Source: Spirochaetia bacterium
GTDB taxonomy: Bacteria > Spirochaetota > Spirochaetia > SZUA-6 > Bin103
Length of the DNA stretch: 64,000 nucleotides
Direction of reading: 5' to 3'
Assembly (NCBI GenBank): GCA_965203055.1
Contig: OZ241863.1
Location: 448,001 to 512,000, forward strand
Shown here: positions 29,510-38,791 of the stretch, one piece after another
Numbering within the stretch: position 1 is the stretch's first letter
Layout of the letters: each line of letters starts with the position of its first letter
Position numbers and translations under genes: made by a program
Notes under the pieces: model-generated
The model's input: the letters and a program-made list of their open reading frames with translations, nothing else
Told to the model about the DNA's origin: nothing
Databases searched by the model: none

Positions 29510-31470
29510 CTAATCGGTTAGCTCCACCAGAAGCTGCTTGCCGGCCAGCGTCTGGCGCGCCCAATAGAGGTTCTGGTATTGATCGTAGCCGCCCGAGGCC
29601 AAGTTCGCCGTGCCGGTCGCGGTGGTGCCGCTGGCCGGCGCCGAAAAGGTCACGGTCGGGGCAGATTGGTAGCCGCTTCCCCCGTTCGTGACCGTCACCG
29701 ACGCTACGCGCAGGGCCGCGGTGCCGGCGGCCGTGGTGCCGGCGCCCGGCGCCGCTCCGAAGGTCACGGTGGGGGCGGAGGTGTAGCCGCTCCCCCCGTT
29801 CGTGATCGTCACCGACGCTACGCCGTAGCGCAGCACCGCAGTGCCGGCGGCGGTGGTGCCGCCGCTCGGCGCTGCGCCGAAGGTCACGGTTGGGACAGAG
29901 GTGTAGCCGCTCCCCCCGTTCGTGATCGTCACCGACGCTACGCCGTAGCGCAGCACCGCGGTGCCGGCGGCGGTGGTGCCGGCGCCCGGCGCTGCGCCGA
30001 AGGTCACGGTTGGGACAGAGGTGTAGCCGCTCCCAGGGTTCGTGATCGTTACCTCCGCTACGCCGCTTTGCAGCACCGCGGTGCCGGTTGCCGTCTGGGA
30101 GTTGAGGCCCGATGCTGCGCCGAAGGTCACGGTCGGGGCAGAGGTGTAGCCGCTTCCGGGGTTCGTGATCGTCACTTCCAGTATTCTTCTGGCCCATACA
30201 TACGCGGTGGCGACGGCGCCGCTGCCCCCTCCTCCCGAAAACGTAACGGTCGGGCGGGAGGTGTAGCCGCTCCCCCGGTTCGTTATGGTTACGCTGAGCA
30301 CACCACCGCCCTGTATCGTCGCGGTTCCGGTTGCCTGCGTGCCACCGGCCTGCTGCGGAGCGCCAAAGGTCACGGTTGGGGCGGACGTGTAACCGCTCCC
30401 CGCGTTCGTAACGAGCACGGTAAATAGTTCGGGCCGGCGCGTTGCGGTGCCGGTCGCGGTGGTGCCGCCGGACGGCGGAGCGCTGAACGTCACGGTCGGG
30501 TCACCATTTGGATAGTTCCCGTTGATCACCATCGTCACTGACGTTACGCCGCTTTGCAGCACCGCGGTGCCGGTTGCCGTGGTGCCGCCGGACGGCGGCG
30601 CTCCAAACGTGACGCTGGGAACCGACGTGTAGCCGCTCCCGGCGGTCCCGACCGTCACCGAATCGACGTACCTGGGCCCAACGACGGTGCCGGTTGCCGT
30701 GGCGCCGCCGGCCGGCGCCGCTCCGAACGTCACGGTGGGAACCGACGCATAGCCGCTTCCTGCAGTTCCCACCGTCACCGAATCGACGGTACCGGAGCCC
30801 ACCGCGGCGCCGGTTGCCGTAGTGCCGCCGGCCGTCGGCGTCCCGAACGTCACGGTGGGAACCGACGCGTAGCCGTTCCCGGCGGTCCCGACCGTCACGG
30901 AATCGACGGAGCCCGCCGCGGCGCCGGTTGCCGTGGTGCCGCCGGCCGTCGGCGCCCCGAACGTGACGCTGGGAACCGACGCATAGCCGCTTCCCGGGTT
31001 CGCTATCGTGACCGACTCGACCGTGTCGGAGGCGCCCGACTGATCCGGGGCGGTGAGCACCAGCGCCACCGCGCCCGCCCGCACCTCGGCGGCAACCGTC
31101 CACTCCGCGCCGGAGAGATCGGACGCGAAGACCGGCTTGGCGCTCGTGCTGGTGAACGGCAGCTCGTGCCCGCCAATCGAAACGCGCACGGCGCCGCCGG
31201 TGAGCCGCTCCCACGCATACGGCGCGGAACGGCTGGACACGGCGCCCGTCAGGTTCGGTTCATCATCGCCAAAGTCAGCCGCGTTGATCGTCCAGCGCTT
31301 CTCCGCCGGCGCTGCCGGCTGCGGAGTTGGCGCGGGCTCGGTCGGCGGTTTACCCCCCCCCCTTGGGCCGGGTCGGCGGGCGCAACGGCCGGGCGCGCCG
31401 CCTGGGAACAGGCCATCAGCGCGGCGATGCCGGCGGCCAGCAACAGCAATAACGGCGATACCTTACTCAC
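29510..31470 (-). CDS. Repeat lipoprotein copy B, frameshifted at G10 (653 aa if G11)
   Basis: GGAGG RBS and GTG 31470; ..IAALMAC signal; G10 at 31353-31362; same frame relationship as copy A. Confidence 0.85.
29597..31021 (-). repeat. 12 tandem ~40-aa repeats, copy B
   Basis: Same unit as in copy A. Confidence 0.95.
31353..31362 (-). repeat. Poly-G10 tract (candidate phase-variation switch), copy B
   Basis: C10 on the + strand. Confidence 0.9.
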
Positions 31471-31699
31471 GTTCCCTCCGGTGGCGTGTCCGCCCGTCGG
31501 TCATGGTAGCACGCGCCCCCCAAGCTGACCACCCGTCCCCGCGCGGGCGTGGGCGGGCGCGCCGCTCCGGTGGTCGCCTGCGGGTCGATCGGCTATCATG
31601 CGAGGCGAGATGAGCGAGTTCCCGGAGCGGATGGCCGGTCAGCGCGATCCCGGCGTCCCTGCGCAGACCCCGCGCGAGCGCTGCCGGCCCTGACCGGCC

Positions 31700-33160
31700 A
31701 TGCAGCCGCGCACGCGCTTCATCCTCAACGACCGCGAGGTTGAGACCGCGGCCCCGGCCGGGCTGCTGCTGCTCGACTACCTGCGCGCCGGCGCGCGCCT
31801 GACCGGCACCAAGGAGGGCTGCAAGGAGGGCGACTGCGGCGCCTGCGCGGTCCTGATCGGGGAGCTTCAGGGCGGCGCCGTCCGCTACCAGCCGGTCACC
31901 TCCTGTCTGGTGCCGCTGGCCGAGGCGCACGGCGCGCACGTGGTGACCATCGAAGGGTGCAATCCGGCGGTCGGGCTCGACCCCGTGCAGCGCGCGGTGG
32001 TCGAGCACGGCGGTACCCAGTGCGGGTTCTGCACCCCCGGCATCGTGGTGTCGCTGCACGGGCTGCTGCTCGACCGGGACAAGGGACTCTCGATCGACGA
32101 CGTCAAGTACGCCCTGAGCGGCCACCTGTGCCGCTGCACCGGGTACCGCTCGCTCAAGGACTGCGCCGCCACGCTGGAACGGGAGCTGGGCGGCCGGCTC
32201 GACGCGCGCGGCAGCGATCGGGTGGCGGCGCTGGCGGCCGCCGGAGCGATTCCCGATTACTTCACGACGATCCCGGAACGGTTGCGGGCGCTCCGGGAGG
32301 AAGAGCCGGCCGGCAGCGGCGCCGCCTCCGGCCCGGCGCCGGAGGTGCGCATCGCCGGCGGCACCGACCTGTACGTGCAGCGGGGCGAGGAGATCCCGGA
32401 CCGCCGCGTCGAGGTGTTGGGCCGGCGCCGGGAGCTGAAGGGCATCCGCCGCGCCGGCGGCGAGTTTCGCGCCGGCGCCTTCACCACCTTCGAGGAGTTC
32501 GGCGCCCACCCGGCGGTGAACGCCGCGATTCCCCGCATCGCGGCGTTCAATCACCTGATCGCCTCCTGGCAGATCCGCAACCGCGCCACCCTGGCGGGCA
32601 ACATCGTCAACGCCTCGCCGATCGGCGACTTCACCGCCCTGCTGCTGGCGTTGGACGCCAGCATCGTCCTGGCCGGCGGCGGCGGCCGGCGCTCGGTACC
32701 GCTCAAGGAGTTCTACCGCGGCTACAAGCAGCTCGACCTGCGGCCCGGCGAGCTGCTCACCGAGGTGAGGTTCCCCGATCCGGCCGGCGCGCGGGTCAAC
32801 TTCGAGAAGGTCTCCAAGCGCACCTGCCTCGACATCGCCTCGGTCAACGCCGCCTGCTCGATCCGCTGCGCCGGGGACGGCGACACCATCGCCGAAGCGC
32901 ACTTCAGCCTGGGCGGCGTGGCGCCGGTGCCGCTCTACCTGCGCGCGGCCTCGCAGGCGGTGCGCGGCCGCGCCCTCGACCCGGACACGGCGCGGGAGGC
33001 GCTACGCCTTGCGGACGGGGAGATCGCGCCGATCTCCGACGTGCGCGGATCGGCCGCCTACAAGCGGCTGCTGGCGCGGCAGTTGCTGATCGCCCACTTC
33101 GTCACCCTCTTTCCCGAGCGCTTCACCGCCGAGGCGTTCCTGGCGGGCGGCACGCCGTGA
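31700..33160 (+). CDS. xdhA: Xanthine dehydrogenase small subunit (2Fe-2S and FAD)
   Basis: GTKEGCKEGDCGAC, QCGFCTPG, GHLCRCTGY, AGGTDL, IRNRATLAGNIVNASPIGD, KVSKR..LDI. Confidence 0.95.
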   Translation: MQPRTRFILNDREVETAAPAGLLLLDYLRAGARLTGTKEGCKEGDCGACAVLIGELQGGAVRYQPVTSCLVPLAEAHGAHVVTIEGCNPAVGLDPVQRAVVEHGGTQCGFCTPGIVVSLHGLLLDRDKGLSIDDVKYALSGHLCRCTGYRSLKDCAATLERELGGRLDARGSDRVAALAAAGAIPDYFTTIPERLRALREEEPAGSGAASGPAPEVRIAGGTDLYVQRGEEIPDRRVEVLGRRRELKGIRRAGGEFRAGAFTTFEEFGAHPAVNAAIPRIAAFNHLIASWQIRNRATLAGNIVNASPIGDFTALLLALDASIVLAGGGGRRSVPLKEFYRGYKQLDLRPGELLTEVRFPDPAGARVNFEKVSKRTCLDIASVNAACSIRCAGDGDTIAEAHFSLGGVAPVPLYLRAASQAVRGRALDPDTAREALRLADGEIAPISDVRGSAAYKRLLARQLLIAHFVTLFPERFTAEAFLAGGTP

Positions 33161-35412
33161 CGCACGTCGACTCGCACCTGCACGTGCGCGGCGAATCGCA
33201 GTACGTGGACGACGCGCCGCCGCCGCCGGGGATGCTGCACGCCGCGGTGTTCGGCTCCCCCAAGGCGCACGGCGTCATCACCCGGCTCGCCGCCGACCGG
33301 GCGCGTGCGGCCCCCGGCGTGGCGGCGGTGCTCACCGCGGCCGACATCCCCGGCGTCAACCGCTTCGGCCCGATCATCGAGGACGAGCAGTTGCTGGTGG
33401 AGCGCGAGGTCTGCTTCATCGGCCATCCCATCGCCGTCGTGGTCGCCCGCAGCGCGCACCGGGCGCGGCAGGCGCGCGACCTGATCGAGGTCGAGATCGA
33501 CGACCTGCCGGTGGTGGTCGACCCGCGCGCGGCGTTCGCGCGCGGCGACCTGATCCATCCGCCGCGCACCATGGCGATGGGCGACGTGGCCGGCGCCTGG
33601 CGGGAGTGCGCGCTGGTGGTGGAGGGGCGCTGCGAGATCGGCGGCCAGGAGCATCTCTACCTGGAGACGCAGCGCTGCCGCGCGGTCCCCCTGGAAGACG
33701 GCGCGATCCGGGTCTTCTCCTCCACCCAGGGGCCGGCCGCGGTGCAGCACGTGACCGCGGCCGTGCTCGGCAAGCCGATGCATCAGGTGGAGGTCGACGT
33801 GAAGCGGCTCGGCGGCGGCTTCGGCGGCAAGGAGGACCAGGCCACCCACTGGGCGGCGATGGCGGCGCTGGCCGCCGCGCATCTGGACGCGCCGGTGGAG
33901 CTGGTGCTGAACCGGCCGGACGACATCAGGATGACCGGCAAGCGCCATCCCTACTCCGCCGACTTCAAGATCGGCCTGACCGCGGACCGCAAGATCCTCG
34001 CCTACGAGGCGACCTTCTATCAGAACTCCGGGGCGTTCGCCGACCTCTCCCCGCCGGTGCTGGCGCGCACGCTGTTCCACGCTACCAACGCCTACTTCAT
34101 CCCCAACGTGCGGGTGACCGCGGCGCCGTGCCGCACCAACCTGCAGCCGCACACCGCCTTTCGCGGCTTCGGCGGGCCGCAGGGGATGTTCGTGATCGAG
34201 GCCGCGATCAACAAGGCGGCCGACGCGCTGGGGATCGAGGCGGCGGCGATCCAGCGCGCCAACCTGCTGCGCGACGGCGACCGGTTCCATTACGGCCAGC
34301 GGGTGGAGGCGAGCCGCGCCGAGCGGACCTGGGACGAGCTGACGGCGGCCTTCGCGGTCGATGCGATCCGGCGGCGGGCGGCGGCGTTCAACCGCGCCAA
34401 CTTCGCGGTCAAGAAGGGCTGCGCGCTGATGCCGGTCTGCTTCGGCATCTCCTTCACCAAGAGCCACCTCAATCAGGGCAACGCGCTGGTCCACGTCTAC
34501 GCCGACGGCAGCGTGAGCGTGACCACCGGCGGCATCGAGATGGGGCAGGGCATCAGCAGCAACGTCGCCGCGGTGGTGGCGCGCACCTTCGGCATCGAGC
34601 CGCGGCGGGTGCGGGTGGAGAGCACCAACACCACGCGGATCGCCAACATGTCGCCGAGCGCCGCCAGCGCCACCACCGACCTGAACGGCAACGCCGCGGC
34701 CATCGCCGTCGAGACGATTCTCCGGGGCATGCGGGAGGTGGCGGCCGGGGAGCTGGGCGCGGCGGAACCGGGCGCGGTGACCATCGCCGGCGAGCGGGTG
34801 CGCGTGGCCGGCGAGCCGGCCGGCATGAGTTGGCAGGACCTGGTGGGCCTCACCTACCGCGCGCGCCGGCGGCTGTCGGCGCACGGCTACTACGCCACGC
34901 CCGGCCTCCACTACGACGAGGAGCGCGAGCGGGGGCGGCCGTTCGCCTACCACGTCTACGGCGCCGCCGTGTTCGAGGTGACCGTCGACTGCCTGCGCGG
35001 CACCTGCGCCGTGGATCAGGTGAAGATCGTCCACGACCTGGGCCGCTCCATCAATCCGAGCGTCGACCGCGGCCAGGTCGAAGGCGGGCTGGCGCAGGGC
35101 ATGGGCTGGATGACGCTGGAGGACCTGCAGTGGGACCGGGAAGGCCGCTGCCTCTCCCACGCGCTGTCGACCTACAAGGCGCCGGACGTCTACTTCATGC
35201 CGGACGACATGGCGGTCAAGTTCCTGGAACCGGAGCGCAACCCCTACGGTCCGCTCGGCGCCAAGGCGGTCGGCGAGCCGCCCCTGATGTACGGCATCGG
35301 CCTGTTCTTCGCCATCCGCAACGCGATGAAGGCATTCCGCCCCGGCGCCGACCTCCGCCTCGACGCCCCCATGACCCCGGAACGCGTGCTGCTCGACCTG
35401 CACCCCGGATGA
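33157..35412 (+). CDS. xdhB: Xanthine dehydrogenase molybdopterin-binding subunit
   Basis: GTG overlaps the xdhA stop; GGQEHLYLE, KRLGGGFGGKE, TAFRGFGGPQG, GGIEMGQG, KAVGEPPLM. Confidence 0.96.
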   Translation: MTHVDSHLHVRGESQYVDDAPPPPGMLHAAVFGSPKAHGVITRLAADRARAAPGVAAVLTAADIPGVNRFGPIIEDEQLLVEREVCFIGHPIAVVVARSAHRARQARDLIEVEIDDLPVVVDPRAAFARGDLIHPPRTMAMGDVAGAWRECALVVEGRCEIGGQEHLYLETQRCRAVPLEDGAIRVFSSTQGPAAVQHVTAAVLGKPMHQVEVDVKRLGGGFGGKEDQATHWAAMAALAAAHLDAPVELVLNRPDDIRMTGKRHPYSADFKIGLTADRKILAYEATFYQNSGAFADLSPPVLARTLFHATNAYFIPNVRVTAAPCRTNLQPHTAFRGFGGPQGMFVIEAAINKAADALGIEAAAIQRANLLRDGDRFHYGQRVEASRAERTWDELTAAFAVDAIRRRAAAFNRANFAVKKGCALMPVCFGISFTKSHLNQGNALVHVYADGSVSVTTGGIEMGQGISSNVAAVVARTFGIEPRRVRVESTNTTRIANMSPSAASATTDLNGNAAAIAVETILRGMREVAAGELGAAEPGAVTIAGERVRVAGEPAGMSWQDLVGLTYRARRRLSAHGYYATPGLHYDEERERGRPFAYHVYGAAVFEVTVDCLRGTCAVDQVKIVHDLGRSINPSVDRGQVEGGLAQGMGWMTLEDLQWDREGRCLSHALSTYKAPDVYFMPDDMAVKFLEPERNPYGPLGAKAVGEPPLMYGIGLFFAIRNAMKAFRPGADLRLDAPMTPERVLLDLHPG

Positions 35413-37592
35413 GCATCGAACGCGACTTCGACGTTCCCATGATCGCCGGCCTGGCGCTGCGGGAGAAGCAGATACAGCAGAACTACCGTCCGGTCATTGG
35501 CGTTCACAAGTGGTTTGCGCGCCGTCCCGGCACGCTGTTCCGCGGCCTCCTGCTGGCCGAATTCGGAACCGGCCCATTGCAAGACACGTTCTTTGCCGGC
35601 AATGACTTGCTCGGCCGGCGCATCGCCGACCCGTTCATGGGCGGCGGCACGCCCCTGATCGAGGCGAATCGACTCGGCTGCGACGTGCAGGGATTCGACG
35701 TCAATCCGATGGCCGCCTGGATCGTACGCGAGGAGATCGACCATCTCGATCTGGCCGCGTACGGACGGGCCGCCGGGAGCCTGGTCGACACGCTGCGCGG
35801 CGAGATCGGGCCGTACTACCGCACCTTCTGCCCGCGTTACGGCGACGCCGAGGTGCCGGTGAAGTCGTTCCTGTGGGTCAAGACGCTCGCCTGCGCGGGG
35901 TGCGGCGAGTCGATCGATCTGTTCCCCGGATACCTGCTGGCGGCGAACCGGCGCCACCCGACCAACGTGCTCGTCTGCGCCGCGTGCGGCGATCTCAACG
36001 AGGTAGCGGACCGCGACGATCCAGGGGGATGCGCTGCCTGCGGCCGCGCGCTCCGGTTGACGGGGCCGGCGCGCAGAGGCCGCTGCGATTGCCCCCGTTG
36101 CGGGCATCCGAACCCCTATCCGGGCAAGTCCGGCCGCCCCTTGCAGCATCGCCTGTTCGCCATCGAATACCACAATCACCGGCGGAAGGGCGAGCATCGG
36201 GGACGCTTCTTCAAGCGGCCCGACGCGGACGACCTGGCGCGCGCGAACGCGGCCGGCGAACGCTGGCGGCGGCTTGCGCCGCGCTTCGTCCCCGACGACG
36301 CGATCCCGCCGGGCGACGAGACCGGCCGACTGCACCGCTGGGGATACACCCGCTACCGCGACCTGTTCAACGGGCGCCAGCTTCTCGGTCTGGAGTTGAG
36401 TTGCCGCCTCGTTTCCCAGGTCGAGGACCGGCGGTTGCACCGCGCGCTGGCAACCAATCTGTCCGATCTGTTGCGCTATCAGAACCTGCTCTGCCGCTAC
36501 GATCCCATGGCGCTCAAGGCGCTGGACATCTTTTCCGTCCATGGCTTCCCGGTAGGATTGATCCAGTGCGAGTCCAACCTGCTCGGGATTACCGGTGAGA
36601 ACGGGGCAAACGTCGGCTCCGGCGGTTGGACCAACATCATCGACAAGTACGCCAAGGCGAAACGCTATTGCGCCGCGCCGTTCGAGGTGCGCCGCCACGG
36701 CGCGCGCAACCTGCAGGTGCCGATTACCGGTGAGTGGATCGGCGAGCAGCGCGACGGCCGGCGGCGGGCGGTGGGCATTCGTTGCGCCGACGCGACGCAG
36801 GTGGAGCTTCCGGCCCGCAGCCTCGATGCCGTGTTCACGGATCCGCCCTACTTCGGCAACGTCCAGTACGGCGAGCTGATGGACTTCTGCTACGTATGGC
36901 TCCGCCGGCTGGCCGGCAACCGAGCCGATGGCTTCGACCGCCGTTCCACGCGGTCACCGCGAGAGCTGACCGGGAACACCACCGGGGAACGCGGCCTCGA
37001 TCATTTCACCGAAGGACTTGCCGGCGTCTACACGCGCATGGCCCGCGCCTTGAAGCCGGGTGCGCCGCTGGCGTTCACGTTCCATCACAACAAGCTGGAA
37101 GCCTACTACGCCGTCGGAATCGCGATTCTCGATGCCGGGCTGGTCTGTTCGGCGTCGCTGCCATGCCCGGCCGAAATGGGAGGTTCGATCCACATCCACG
37201 GCACCGGATCGTCGATCATCGACACCGTGTTCGTATGCCGCGCTACCGGTACGGTGCCGCGCCGCTGGCTGGCCGGCACCTCGGAGGAGGTCGCGGCCCT
37301 CGTTGCCAAAGACGTCACCTTGCTGGAGGCTGCAGGCCGCACGCCTACTCGCGGCGATACCCGGTGCATGGTCTTTGGTCATCTGACCCGTCTGGCGGCG
37401 TGGAATCTGAGGCGCAGTTGGGACGTGAACCTGCCCACCGCGCAGAAGGCGGCCACGTTCGCGGCAGCCGTTGCCCACATGGGCGCCCCGGAGGCGATCA
37501 TTGCAGCCGTGCTTCCGGCCGCCGCGTCACCGGGGCCGCTCTTCGCCGCGGCGCTACACGACCAGGAAGATCACTATGCCGTTCCCTTTTGA
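35409..37592 (+). CDS. Amino-DNA methyltransferase with Zn-ribbon insert (DUF1156-like)
   Basis: ATG overlaps the xdhB TGA; VHKWFARRP, DPFMGGGT (motif I), four CxxC pairs, TDPPYF (motif IV). Confidence 0.85.
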   Translation: MSIERDFDVPMIAGLALREKQIQQNYRPVIGVHKWFARRPGTLFRGLLLAEFGTGPLQDTFFAGNDLLGRRIADPFMGGGTPLIEANRLGCDVQGFDVNPMAAWIVREEIDHLDLAAYGRAAGSLVDTLRGEIGPYYRTFCPRYGDAEVPVKSFLWVKTLACAGCGESIDLFPGYLLAANRRHPTNVLVCAACGDLNEVADRDDPGGCAACGRALRLTGPARRGRCDCPRCGHPNPYPGKSGRPLQHRLFAIEYHNHRRKGEHRGRFFKRPDADDLARANAAGERWRRLAPRFVPDDAIPPGDETGRLHRWGYTRYRDLFNGRQLLGLELSCRLVSQVEDRRLHRALATNLSDLLRYQNLLCRYDPMALKALDIFSVHGFPVGLIQCESNLLGITGENGANVGSGGWTNIIDKYAKAKRYCAAPFEVRRHGARNLQVPITGEWIGEQRDGRRRAVGIRCADATQVELPARSLDAVFTDPPYFGNVQYGELMDFCYVWLRRLAGNRADGFDRRSTRSPRELTGNTTGERGLDHFTEGLAGVYTRMARALKPGAPLAFTFHHNKLEAYYAVGIAILDAGLVCSASLPCPAEMGGSIHIHGTGSSIIDTVFVCRATGTVPRRWLAGTSEEVAALVAKDVTLLEAAGRTPTRGDTRCMVFGHLTRLAAWNLRRSWDVNLPTAQKAATFAAAVAHMGAPEAIIAAVLPAAASPGPLFAAALHDQEDHYAVPF

Positions 37593-38646
37593 GGTCAGCT
37601 TCGCAGAGATTCGGGCTGATCCGGATGCTTACGTGGACGCGGTGTTCGGCGCTCTCCATTCCGAGTTCATGCTGATGCCCCGCGGCAAGGGATTCGTGGA
37701 GTTCAACACGTTCGAAGCAGGCTACGAGACGTTGAAGCGGGCCACCGCGGGTTTCCGGGACGTCACTCCGGAGACCGTCACGCGAGCGATATTCGAAGTG
37801 CCGGTGACGCTGTTGGTGCTGCGCTGCATTCTCGGCTTCACTCCCTCTGAGTGGGCCGCTTACGCGACGGGCTACACCGGCGTCGAGATCACCCAGGGTG
37901 CGGCGCGAACCATTGACCGCGCAGTCCGAATAAACCCGGGAGCAGCCCTTACGGGGCGAGGAGCGGTGACCGAAGACCGAGTCCGGGCACTGGTCGCCGC
38001 CGCCTGTCATCTTCTTGAATCCGGAGTGCCGGTGGACGTTCCTCACGACAGCCTCCACCGATTCGACAAGGCCGATACCAGAGAGGGACTTTCCGGTGTC
38101 CGCTTGATGGCGGACTTGGGTGTCCCCTATTCCATGCTGTTGTATGAGCGTTTCCTGGGCCGGCCGTTTGCCGCTCACCGCGATTCCGTGAGTGAGCTGG
38201 TCGGAAACCTGGTTGAGAGCGCCATCGAAGACGTGCTGACCCGCGCCGGGATCAGCTTTCGCAAGACCGGACGAGCGGAGCGGCTGCCGGGATTCGATCA
38301 GGCTCCCGACTTCGTCATCCCCAACGAGTTCAACCCGCAGATCGTGATCGAGGCCAAGCTCACCGAAGACGACGGTACGGCACGCGACAAAGTCACGCGC
38401 GTCCAGCACCTGGCCTCGCTCGGCGCCGAAGGCCGTCCTTCCGAACAGCCGGCATTCGAAGTAGTCGCCTGCATCGCCGGCCGGGGCTTTGGCGTACGCC
38501 GCGAAGACATGCGCAAGCTGTTGCTCGCCACCCGAGGCAAGGTCTTCACGTTGCAGAACATCCGGCAACTCGTGGAGCACACCCGCCTCCGTGAGTTCCG
38601 CACACGGTCAGATCATCGCCCCCGACCCGACGGACCGTCAGGCTGA
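37576..38646 (+). CDS. Putative PD-(D/E)XK restriction endonuclease
   Basis: APDFVIP..IVIEAKLTEDDGTARDK; overlaps the end of the methylase. Confidence 0.75.
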   Translation: MPFPFEVSFAEIRADPDAYVDAVFGALHSEFMLMPRGKGFVEFNTFEAGYETLKRATAGFRDVTPETVTRAIFEVPVTLLVLRCILGFTPSEWAAYATGYTGVEITQGAARTIDRAVRINPGAALTGRGAVTEDRVRALVAAACHLLESGVPVDVPHDSLHRFDKADTREGLSGVRLMADLGVPYSMLLYERFLGRPFAAHRDSVSELVGNLVESAIEDVLTRAGISFRKTGRAERLPGFDQAPDFVIPNEFNPQIVIEAKLTEDDGTARDKVTRVQHLASLGAEGRPSEQPAFEVVACIAGRGFGVRREDMRKLLLATRGKVFTLQNIRQLVEHTRLREFRTRSDHRPRPDGPSG

Positions 38647-38791
38647 GGTGCTTTATCCGGGGGAAGTGCCATGTAGTTGGCTGCGACGAGTGGACGTTCA
38701 GTTGGCGAAGACCATGGAAGATATCTGTGGTGCGCTGGCGGTGTTCAAACGGGACGTATCGGTCCGACACACACCGGAGGTGTTCGAATGA
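38612..38791 (+). pseudogene. C-terminal stub of a DarT-like (DUF4433) DNA ADP-ribosyltransferase
   Basis: PTDRQAEVLYPGEVP matches the DarT QAExL catalytic strand; no N-terminus; its stop overlaps the next ATG. Confidence 0.6.

Noticed and set aside
27080..31021. CRISPR array
   Set aside because: The repeats are ~120-nt in-frame coding units without unique spacers, and no cas genes are present.
26991..31240. Diversity-generating retroelement (template/variable repeat pair)
   Set aside because: No reverse transcriptase in the window; in the repeat I aligned by hand the differences are not restricted to adenines, and there are indels.
26991..31470. Prophage or tailocin
   Set aside because: Despite phage-like repeats there are no capsid, tail, integrase or lysis genes, and the proteins carry lipoprotein signals.
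31957..35412. 1151-aa ORF as an XdhA-XdhB fusion
   Set aside because: The N-terminal part is an off-frame reading of xdhA; xdhB starts at GTG 33157.
33606..37592. 1328-aa ORF suggesting a giant methylase fusion
   Set aside because: The first ~600 aa are an Arg/Gly-rich alternate frame of xdhB; the methylase starts at ATG 35409.
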